From NCBI GenBank assembly GCA_963704755.1, contig OY969938.1, positions 1 through 32,000 on the forward strand: a DNA stretch of 32,000 bases. The letters run 5' to 3'. The position numbers were made by a program, and so were the translations under genes. Source of the DNA: an uncultured Chloroflexia bacterium (GTDB taxonomy: Bacteria > Chloroflexota > Anaerolineae > Anaerolineales > Anaerolineaceae). Below the pieces are notes generated by a model that did not search any database, had not been told where the DNA came from, and saw only the letters and a program-made list of their open reading frames with translations. Position 1 is the first letter of the stretch. The number at the start of each line of letters is the position of its first letter. Positions 17,780-24,861 of the stretch are shown here, one piece after another.

Positions 17780-18124
17780 TGAATGAAGTGGTCTTGGCCG
17801 GGTGCTCATGTCTTGTGGAGGGGTGGGTAGGTGTGTGCGATGAGAATGAGCCCCGGAGAGGCCTTTTTTTTTCGAAATAGGAAAGAAGGCAAGCTGAAAA
17901 AGTCTCATTTGCCTGGCAGTTTTGATTTTTTTGGATGAAGTAATTGGATGAATCTCGAGAAAAAACTCCTTCCATCGCAGCACACATGGCTGTTAGTGGA
18001 AGAAATGATAACTTTAACCTTCATGATGGCGACACGTCAACCTGGAGGCGTTTTTTCGAGGGACTCACAGGTCGTTGTGATAAAATAAAATGATATTTTA
18101 AGTCTGATATGGTGGAGCTTTTAC

Positions 18125-18418
18125 ATGTCTAATATTCCCTTCATGCACCCGCCTGAACCCGAATCAACTTATGAAGTCGGGGATACTGTGGAAGTTTTTT
18201 GTGATCACGAGAAGGGAGGCCAGCGGATACGCGGCTGGTTAAAAGGAATCGTCGTTCAAGTTGATCCCAAAATGGTGGCCGTCCAGTTCCGGGTCAATGT
18301 GTTCCTGACAGACGGCTGGATGGTACCTGATCATATCCTTTGGTACCCGCAAACATCCCCTCACATCCGGTTTCCCCAGAAAAAAGGCTCACGAGCCGAG
18401 CTGGCGAATTTGGACTGA
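18125..18418 (+). CDS. Small hypothetical protein (97 aa) embedded in the suf operon; possible SH3/Tudor-like beta-barrel
   Basis: GGTGGAG RBS 7 nt upstream of the ATG. The pattern YEVGDTVEVF...WLKGIVVQV...VAVQF resembles small beta-barrel domains. No family confidently recognised. Confidence 0.6.
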   Translation: MSNIPFMHPPEPESTYEVGDTVEVFCDHEKGGQRIRGWLKGIVVQVDPKMVAVQFRVNVFLTDGWMVPDHILWYPQTSPHIRFPQKKGSRAELANLD

Positions 18419-18453
18419 TATTCGTGTTTATTTTTATGAGGTTGAGATAAGGT

Positions 18454-19698
18454 ATGGAGTCAATTACAACCGGTACCCTTGACGTGCAGCAAGTTCGTAC
18501 AGATTTCCCGATCTTGCAAAGAGAAACCTCTCCGGGGGTCAAACTAATCTATCTGGATTCAGCAGCGACCTCTCAAAAGCCGGCCAGCGTGATCCAGGCC
18601 ATGCAGGATTATTACCAGCTCTCGAACGCCAATATTCACCGGGGTGTCCACACCCTTGCTGAAGAAGCGACGGCCATGTACGAAAGCGCGCGCGAGCGGA
18701 TTGCCCGGTTTGTCGGGGCAAAAAAGTCGAGCGAAATTGTATATACCCGCAATACGACCGAATCGATTAACCTGGTCGCGTATTCGTGGGGGCGGGCGAA
18801 TCTGAACCCGGGCGACCTGGTTATTTTGACCGAAATGGAACACCATTCCAACCTGGTGCCCTGGCAGATCCTGGCTCAGGAAAAGGGGCTGCGACTGGAA
18901 TTTATTACGGTCACCGGCGAAGGCCTTTTGGACCAGGATTCGTACCGGGCTTTGTTGAGCCAATCGCCTAAACTGGTTGCGTTCACCCATATGTCCAACG
19001 TGTTGGGAACGGTCAACCCGGTCAAGGAAATGACCGCCGCCGCGCATGCGGCCGGAGCGGTGGTACTGGTAGATGGGGCCCAATCGGTGCCGCACCTGCC
19101 GGTCAACGTTCAAGACCTGGATGTGGACTTTCTGGCCTTCTCGGGCCACAAGATGCTTGGGCCGACCGGGATTGGCGCGCTATACGGCAAGGAAAAACTG
19201 CTGGATGCGATGCCACCTTTCCTGGGCGGCGGCGATATGATCAAGAAAGTATACTTGCGCAGTTTTAGCCCCAATGATTTGCCGCATAAATTCGAAGCCG
19301 GCACCCCGGCCATCGCCGAAGCGATTGGATTAGGTACTGCGGTGGATTACCTGACCGGCGTCGGGATGGAATTGGTGGCAGCTTACGAGCACGAATTGAT
19401 CTCGTATGCGCTGGAGGCCTTGAGCGAAGTAGAAGGCGTACGGGTTTATGGCCCAGAAGCGGCCAAAAAAGGCGGTGTGGCCTCCTTTACCCTGGAGGGG
19501 ATCCACCCGCACGACGTATCCCAGATTTTGGATGAAGACGGTATTGCCGTCCGCGCCGGTCACCACTGCGCCATGCCGCTGCACGATAAGTTCGGCCTGG
19601 CGGCCACGACCCGGGCCAGTTTCTATATCTATAACACGCCCCAGGAAGTGGATAAGTTGATCTCCGGATTGGCAAAAGTAAAAAAGATTTTTGGATAA
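18454..19698 (+). CDS. sufS: Cysteine desulfurase SufS (class II)
   Basis: 414 aa. Motifs HHSN, FSGHKM (PLP lysine) and RAGHHCAMP (active-site Cys loop). Confidence 0.96.
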   Translation: MESITTGTLDVQQVRTDFPILQRETSPGVKLIYLDSAATSQKPASVIQAMQDYYQLSNANIHRGVHTLAEEATAMYESARERIARFVGAKKSSEIVYTRNTTESINLVAYSWGRANLNPGDLVILTEMEHHSNLVPWQILAQEKGLRLEFITVTGEGLLDQDSYRALLSQSPKLVAFTHMSNVLGTVNPVKEMTAAAHAAGAVVLVDGAQSVPHLPVNVQDLDVDFLAFSGHKMLGPTGIGALYGKEKLLDAMPPFLGGGDMIKKVYLRSFSPNDLPHKFEAGTPAIAEAIGLGTAVDYLTGVGMELVAAYEHELISYALEALSEVEGVRVYGPEAAKKGGVASFTLEGIHPHDVSQILDEDGIAVRAGHHCAMPLHDKFGLAATTRASFYIYNTPQEVDKLISGLAKVKKIFG

Positions 19699-19708
19699 AG
19701 GTTGAAGG

Positions 19709-20107
19709 ATGGATGATCTCTATCGTGAAGTGATTATCGAACATTACAAATCCCCGTCCTATCGTGGCGAGTTGGACCCGCACGATATTTCCTTCGAGGA
19801 TGAAAATCCGCTGTGTGGCGATCATATCCGCATCGATTTGCGGGTCAACGAGCAAGGCATCGTCACCGAAGCTGCTTTCAGCGGCCACGGCTGTGCGATT
19901 TCACAGGCATCGGCAGATTTGTTGATGGAAACGGTAATTGGAAAATCAGTCGATGATGTTAAGGCCATGACCAAACAGGATATCCTGGATCTGCTGGGTA
20001 TCGAACTCGGCCCGGTGCGCTTGAAATGTGCACTGCTGCCCTTGAAGGTCATTAAAGCCGGTGTTTATGGGTTAGGGGAGGCCAGCGAAAGCCTGGTCGA
20101 GGAATAG
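19709..20107 (+). CDS. sufU: SufU / IscU-like sulfur acceptor protein
   Basis: 132 aa. NPLCGD, GHGCAIS and KCALLP motifs are typical of SufU-type proteins. Confidence 0.93.
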   Translation: MDDLYREVIIEHYKSPSYRGELDPHDISFEDENPLCGDHIRIDLRVNEQGIVTEAAFSGHGCAISQASADLLMETVIGKSVDDVKAMTKQDILDLLGIELGPVRLKCALLPLKVIKAGVYGLGEASESLVEE

Positions 20108-20112
20108 TTTTC

Positions 20113-20454
20113 ATGTCAACCGATGCCGACATTGCTCATTACACCTTTTACAACATTGCTGCCGAAAGCGAGTTGCCGCCAGGTGACCGGTTATTCTTAG
20201 AGATCGGCGATGAGGCCGTGGTGGTCTTCAATATCGCGGGCCAATATCTTGCCATCGGCGACGTTTGTACGCATGATGGCGGTCCGCTGGGCGATGGCGA
20301 GCTAGAAGGCTTTCAGATCGCCTGCCCGCGGCATGGCGCCCGCTTCGACGTGCGCAACGGCAAGGTGCTCACTTTACCGGCTGTAAGCGATGCGCCCAGC
20401 TACCCGGTACGGGTGGTGGATGGGAACATCGAGATCGGGGTTCTGGAAGAATAG
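20113..20454 (+). CDS. Rieske [2Fe-2S] ferredoxin-like protein
   Basis: 113 aa. Rieske ligand motifs CTHDGGPL and CPRHGARF. Starts 6 nt after sufU. Confidence 0.9.
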   Translation: MSTDADIAHYTFYNIAAESELPPGDRLFLEIGDEAVVVFNIAGQYLAIGDVCTHDGGPLGDGELEGFQIACPRHGARFDVRNGKVLTLPAVSDAPSYPVRVVDGNIEIGVLEE

Positions 20455-20456
20455 AA

Positions 20457-20525
20457 GCCCGTATTAAAAAAAGAGGTGTTTGCGTGGGCGAAGCCCACGC
20501 AAACACCTCTTTTTTTAATACGGGC
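20457..20525. repeat. Longest perfect palindromic hairpin element H6 (33 bp stem, GAA loop); also a plausible bidirectional terminator
   Basis: GCCCGTATTAAAAAAAGAGGTGTTTGCGTGGGC-GAA-GCCCACGCAAACACCTCTTTTTTTAATACGGGC. Verified exact. Internal A7/T7 tracts flank the GC-rich core. Lies between the convergent Rieske and ATP-grasp genes. Confidence 0.92.
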
Positions 20526-20551
20526 ATATAAGAAAACAGAAAAAATGCCGG

Positions 20552-21802
20552 CTAAACGGCCGGCGTTTCGATTTTTTGGACGGTGGCTGCCTGCAAGCTG
20601 TATGAGCCGATCGAATGGTCGGAAATCTGGCCGGCCCGGCGGGGATCGAGCAGCAACTGACCGGTGACGACCAGAAAGGGAATGATGCTGCGAATATCCT
20701 GGCTGAAGGGGGTCAGGTCTTCCCGGCTATTGGCAAAAATTTCCTGGTGGATCAAGGACTGCCAGAGCAGCCGGGCAACTTTGGTGCGGGACCCCTGCGA
20801 ATTGGCTGAACCGAGCGCTATGGCCATGGTGCTGTGCGTCCGCACCCCCGGCTGGCCAATCTTGGTTTGGGCGTACAGTTTTGCCTCCCCAAGAGCCGCC
20901 TGGATGGTCAGGTCAGGGAAGTTCACCCCACTATAGAAGGCATTCAGTGGCTCAACCAGGCGTGGATTGGCTTCCAGGTAGTAGGGGTGCCGGTGGCTTT
21001 GGCCGTAGATATAGTCCAGGGCAATCGGGCCATGCCAGGAAAGGGCCTCACCCAACCGGCGCACGTGCGCGATCACATCCGGGTGATTGACGGAAGTGCG
21101 GGCAGCATGCCCGCCGCCAACACTGATTCCGCGGGTGGACGTGCAATGCACACCTAAGAGGCGGCCGTGATCGAAAACAGCCTGCACCTGGCACAGGGCT
21201 CCTTCGACTTGTTCCTGGAGGATGAAACGGCCGTTGTCCGCCTCGTGGGCTTCCAGAAAGGCATCGCGCTGGTGTGCGTTTTCCAGGTGCCAGACACCCT
21301 GTCCGGCCGTACCAAAATCGGCTTTCAGGTAGCAGGGATAGGTGTCGATCGATTGGGCTTCTTTCGCGCGTTCGAATAATTGGAAGGGCGGTTGAGGAAG
21401 ACCAAGCGCTTGCAGGGTCAGCGCAAAGGCGGTTTTGCCCTGCACTTTTTGAAAGGCGCTGAAATCGGCCAGGGCCATGGCGGCCGGGATTACCCCGCGG
21501 AATTTTGCCAACAGGTAAGCCTGTTCGTGGACAGGTAATAAAACCGGATAATTCTCGGAGGTGCATACGTCCGCGACGGCCTGAAGGTATTCGGTTGGCT
21601 GTTCATTGAAACTCGGGCAAGGGTAATAGCCGCGGGTAAAACGCGAAAACCGGCAGATACAACGCAAATCCGGGTCACAGATCCCGACCGGGTAGCCAGA
21701 CAGCCCCAGGACGGTCAGGGCCTGGCGCGCGGATAGACTGGACCCTTCCGAAAATAAAACCTTTGGTTTCGACACCGGATCAGGATTGCGGCGCCAGGCC
21801 AA
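20552..21802 (-). CDS. ATP-grasp superfamily carboxylate-amine ligase-like protein
   Basis: 416 aa with ATP-grasp-like organisation similar to predicted carboligases. The TTG start at 21802 overlaps the upstream gene by 23 nt. An alternative GTG at 21775 lies 4 nt after the upstream stop. Confidence 0.75.
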   Translation of the reverse strand: MAWRRNPDPVSKPKVLFSEGSSLSARQALTVLGLSGYPVGICDPDLRCICRFSRFTRGYYPCPSFNEQPTEYLQAVADVCTSENYPVLLPVHEQAYLLAKFRGVIPAAMALADFSAFQKVQGKTAFALTLQALGLPQPPFQLFERAKEAQSIDTYPCYLKADFGTAGQGVWHLENAHQRDAFLEAHEADNGRFILQEQVEGALCQVQAVFDHGRLLGVHCTSTRGISVGGGHAARTSVNHPDVIAHVRRLGEALSWHGPIALDYIYGQSHRHPYYLEANPRLVEPLNAFYSGVNFPDLTIQAALGEAKLYAQTKIGQPGVRTHSTMAIALGSANSQGSRTKVARLLWQSLIHQEIFANSREDLTPFSQDIRSIIPFLVVTGQLLLDPRRAGQISDHSIGSYSLQAATVQKIETPAV

Positions 21803-22442
21803 ATGCCCCGACCACCCGCAGGATATCGAACCCTTCGGCGTAGCGGCGTTCGCTGATGGCGCCGTTGCGGATCAGAGTCGCGCGGGTAATCTCGGGGTCG
21901 AAATAATAACGGTTCTGGTAGGTCTTGTACTGGGCCAGGGCGTCGATCTTTTTCTGCACATCCTTTTCCTGAACCGCGACCAGAAAGCTGGGGAAAAAGC
22001 CGTAGCTGGAACGGATGACGTCGAAACCCAGCACCGATGTGCCACGGAAAGCCCGCAGGGCTTCTTCAGTGACCGTGGCGTGATCCTGGTGGATATCGGA
22101 TTTGGTGTGGACGAAGACGATCTCCGGTTGGAAGCTGCGGCGGATCTGGAGCATATATTCCAGGATCTCCTGGCGGGCCTGGGGGAAGCGGCGGGTTTCG
22201 AACTGCCCTAAAATGGCTTTTTCTTGAGGCACGCCCAGCACAGCCATGCTCTGGTAGTGTTCTTCCGGCAGGTTAACCAGCTCGGGGTTCTTTTGATTGT
22301 CAGAAAGGGTTACACAAAGGATGTCGGCCTGGCCGTTGATGTGAGAGATCAACGCACCACAGCCAATCTCGATGTCATCCGGATGGGCGCCCAGGAAGAG
22401 GACGCGCTGTCCATAGAAGAGCATATCGGATTTGGTGGGCAT
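21780..22442 (-). CDS. PIG-L / LmbE family N-acetyl-sugar deacetylase
   Basis: 220 aa. Zinc-binding motifs GAHPDDIEIG and HQDH. The ATG overlaps the upstream TAA by 1 nt (TAATG). Confidence 0.88.
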   Translation of the reverse strand: MPTKSDMLFYGQRVLFLGAHPDDIEIGCGALISHINGQADILCVTLSDNQKNPELVNLPEEHYQSMAVLGVPQEKAILGQFETRRFPQARQEILEYMLQIRRSFQPEIVFVHTKSDIHQDHATVTEEALRAFRGTSVLGFDVIRSSYGFFPSFLVAVQEKDVQKKIDALAQYKTYQNRYYFDPEITRATLIRNGAISERRYAEGFDILRVVGAFGLAPQS

Positions 22443-23242
22443 TATTTGGTCGCCAGGATCCCACCCACTACTTTGGTCATGACCAGCTTGCCCGATTCGG
22501 CTACCCGCCGTTCGGCGACGGCCTGGATCCTGGACATGATCCGGTCGAAATCGTCTTTATCCTCGAAGAAACTCTTCCATAGCTTGCGGTCTTCCGAAAG
22601 CGAGGCGCGGGTATATTCCACAAAGGGTTCGGCAGATTCGAACGTCAGCGGGTTTTCGAAAAGGTGCAGATCAACTTTCGAAAAAGTGTTTTGAATGGCG
22701 GAATAGATTTCGCTGGAATAACGTGAGCTGCCGGGCATAGGTGGGATGGGTTTATCGGTCGCTTCGAGGATGATATCGTAAAACAACTGCTTGTTTGCAG
22801 GCATGGGCCCGCTGGTAAATAAAACCCCGCCGGGTTTCAAGACGTGGTGCATTTCCCGAATGGTGAAGGGAATATCCTCGGCGTAATAGATGGCAAAGCA
22901 GCACGATTCCAGGTCGAACGTGTCGCTGGCCAGATCGAAGGTTTTGTTGAAGTTCAACTCCATGAAATTGACCGAAGCACCCATGCGCTGGTTTTCGCTG
23001 CGTGCCTGCCCGAGCAGCTCGGGGTTGACGTCACCACCCAGGATGTCTGCCTGTCCATGGAGAAATTCATTGTAAGAAAAACATTGTTTCCCGGCGCCAC
23101 AGCCCACATCCAGGATTTTTTGGCCGGTGTGCAGAGGTAATAGCTCCAGCATCCACTCATCGATATTGCGACTGCCGTATTTATTATGGATGTCGATCCG
23201 CTTCAACAGGTCGTTGGTCGTTTCTTGATAGTCGTATTTCAT
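22442..23242 (-). CDS. Class I SAM-dependent methyltransferase
   Basis: 266 aa. Motif I ILDVGCGAGK and the post-I acidic GGDV. Confidence 0.88.
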   Translation of the reverse strand: MKYDYQETTNDLLKRIDIHNKYGSRNIDEWMLELLPLHTGQKILDVGCGAGKQCFSYNEFLHGQADILGGDVNPELLGQARSENQRMGASVNFMELNFNKTFDLASDTFDLESCCFAIYYAEDIPFTIREMHHVLKPGGVLFTSGPMPANKQLFYDIILEATDKPIPPMPGSSRYSSEIYSAIQNTFSKVDLHLFENPLTFESAEPFVEYTRASLSEDRKLWKSFFEDKDDFDRIMSRIQAVAERRVAESGKLVMTKVVGGILATK

Positions 23243-23293
23243 ATTTCCTCTTCGTGGCTTGGTTTCGGTTTACTTATATCTTCGAAAATTGCT

Positions 23294-23340
23294 TCAGGTG
23301 TTTGTTTTGGGCAGTTTCACTGCCCAAAGCAAACACCTGA
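23294..23340. repeat. Palindromic hairpin element H7 (21 bp stem with one T-G pair)
   Basis: TCAGGTGTTTGTTTTGGGCAG-TTTCA-CTGCCCAAAGCAAACACCTGA. The single non-Watson-Crick position pairs 23305 with 23329. Lies in a divergent spacer. Confidence 0.85.
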
Positions 23341-23440
23341 GTATGTTTCTCGGGCCGGTTCTAAGTATAAGTGGTTGGTGAGGATTGTCAAGGAATTATG
23401 TTTGGGTGCTACGCAATGACCTATTGTGGGGCAAAACCGG

Positions 23441-23446
23441 TATAAT
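23441..23446 (+). promoter_or_regulatory. Candidate -10 box (TATAAT) 4 nt before the ATGATG at 23451; possible leaderless start
   Basis: TATAAT at 23441-23446 with TGACCT 18 nt upstream (23417-23422). Motif only. Confidence 0.25.
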
Positions 23447-23450
23447 AGTA

Positions 23451-24329
23451 ATGATGAATACGGTTCGAAGCTTGAACACAGTTCTAGACAATTGGGCAAA
23501 GAGCATGAGCTGCCCGATTTGCTGCAAGACCGGATTACGTGTCATTCGCGAACCGGGCGTTCCTGATTTGTTGTGCTGCGATCAATGTGGCTGCGAATTC
23601 TTTTTCGAGCAAGCCGGGGCACGCATCCGATTTTCCAAGACACCGGAATTGTTGGAAGATGTCCTGTACGGTGAATGGATGACATATATCGAGGTTCATA
23701 AGCGTCTCCAGGAGCGCTTCCCGGCCCTGGATGGACCTCGTGCCAGGGTGGATGTGGTCACGCTGCCTGTACGCCGGCAGAAGTCACTTGCACAGGAACT
23801 GGAAGAGGAGGCGCTGTTGGATCTGCCTAAAAACGCGATCGACCAGGCAATGGGGTTGTACCGCCTGGGAAATTCGATCCCGGATATCCGGCGGGTACTG
23901 CAACGCAATCCGAAGTATACCGAGCACGAAATTTTTACCACCCTCAAGAACGTAGGCCATTACGATGCAATGCGTAAATTACGGAGCTGGCTCACAGCCG
24001 GGCTGGTGGTGGTCGTTTTCCTGGCGGCACTCGGTTTTGCCGTTTCGCGTGGTGTTTTCCCGAAACTGATCGCGTATATCGAGGGCACGGTGAATAAGAA
24101 TGCCGCATTGGTGATCCCGGTCACAGGCAGCGCGGCTGGTTCAGCGGTCCAACCGGCATGCCCGGCCACCCCGGAAGCTGCGGCGCAACTCTTCGGGGGA
24201 AAAAGTAATAATTGGACTTACCAGGCTCCCCGTTGGTATTATCAGGATGTGATGCCGGCAGATATTATCGTCCCCAGTGGCATGGAAGCAACCTACCCTT
24301 CATTGACTCGCACCACGATCATGAGTTAA
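23451..24329 (+). CDS. Zinc-ribbon domain single-pass membrane protein (unknown function)
   Basis: CPICC...CCDQCGC cysteine pairs near the N-terminus. One TM helix (LTAGLVVVVFLAALGFAV). ~110 aa extracytoplasmic tail. The start is ambiguous: TTG 23385, ATG 23451/23454, or ATG 23505 directly before the zinc ribbon. Confidence 0.6.
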   Translation: MMNTVRSLNTVLDNWAKSMSCPICCKTGLRVIREPGVPDLLCCDQCGCEFFFEQAGARIRFSKTPELLEDVLYGEWMTYIEVHKRLQERFPALDGPRARVDVVTLPVRRQKSLAQELEEEALLDLPKNAIDQAMGLYRLGNSIPDIRRVLQRNPKYTEHEIFTTLKNVGHYDAMRKLRSWLTAGLVVVVFLAALGFAVSRGVFPKLIAYIEGTVNKNAALVIPVTGSAAGSAVQPACPATPEAAAQLFGGKSNNWTYQAPRWYYQDVMPADIIVPSGMEATYPSLTRTTIMS

Positions 24330-24460
24330 TTGAAAGGGCCGGCGAAACTGAGTAATATAATGGCTGTTTCGATAGCCTGCTTTTATTGAAAATCGCAATT
24401 CCTCGGTCATGGATGTGTGGTCATAAAAATTGGTGGCCACGCATGCCCTTATCTAGAAAT

Positions 24461-24517
24461 CCCCGGAAATGAGGTGTTATCGGTGGTGAAGCCACCGATA
24501 ACACCTCATTTCCGGGG
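24461..24517. repeat. Long perfect palindromic hairpin element H8 (26 bp stem, TGAAG loop)
   Basis: CCCCGGAAATGAGGTGTTATCGGTGG-TGAAG-CCACCGATAACACCTCATTTCCGGGG. Verified exact. Confidence 0.9.
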
Positions 24518-24524
24518 TTCTTAC

Positions 24525-24782
24525 TCATTGGGATGAGTAATTATAAATATCTATCCAATAATTATTTTTCGAATAGACACCATCATTTTTGGCTTGTCCT
24601 TCAAAAATTAAATAGTCGCATAGACTAACTGGATGCTGGTTACGAGCGGACGAATGAATTATCCCGGAATGCTCAACCTCTGGTAGAATCAGGCTGTGGT
24701 TCTGTTGAAAAATGCTATGCAACTGAATAAGTTTGAGACCAGAGGGGATGAGATGAATTCGCATCCCTTTTATGAAATCCAT
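24525..24782 (-). CDS. Questionable small hypothetical protein (85 aa) in an AT-rich segment
   Basis: Only an ORF. Weak RBS, atypically AT-rich for the window, no recognisable motifs. Confidence 0.3.
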   Translation of the reverse strand: MDFIKGMRIHLIPSGLKLIQLHSIFQQNHSLILPEVEHSGIIHSSARNQHPVSLCDYLIFEGQAKNDGVYSKNNYWIDIYNYSSQ

Positions 24783-24861
24783 AAAATTCTATCCGGGCAT
24801 CGCTCAGGTTGGGGTGAATGGGATGATGCGAATTGAAAATAATTCATAGAGGCCAGGATCG

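Noticed and set aside
17405-17983. 192 aa minus-strand ORF spanning the sufD 3' end and the spacer
   Set aside because: Most of it is antisense to sufD. The remainder is low-complexity with no start signals.
23317-23499. 60 aa Cys-containing minus-strand ORF upstream of the methyltransferase/PIG-L/ATP-grasp operon as a possible RiPP precursor
   Set aside because: It has a TTG start with no RBS and runs through hairpin H7. It overlaps the likely N-terminus and promoter of the plus-strand gene. The ATP-grasp does not obviously resemble graspetide ligases. There is not enough support.
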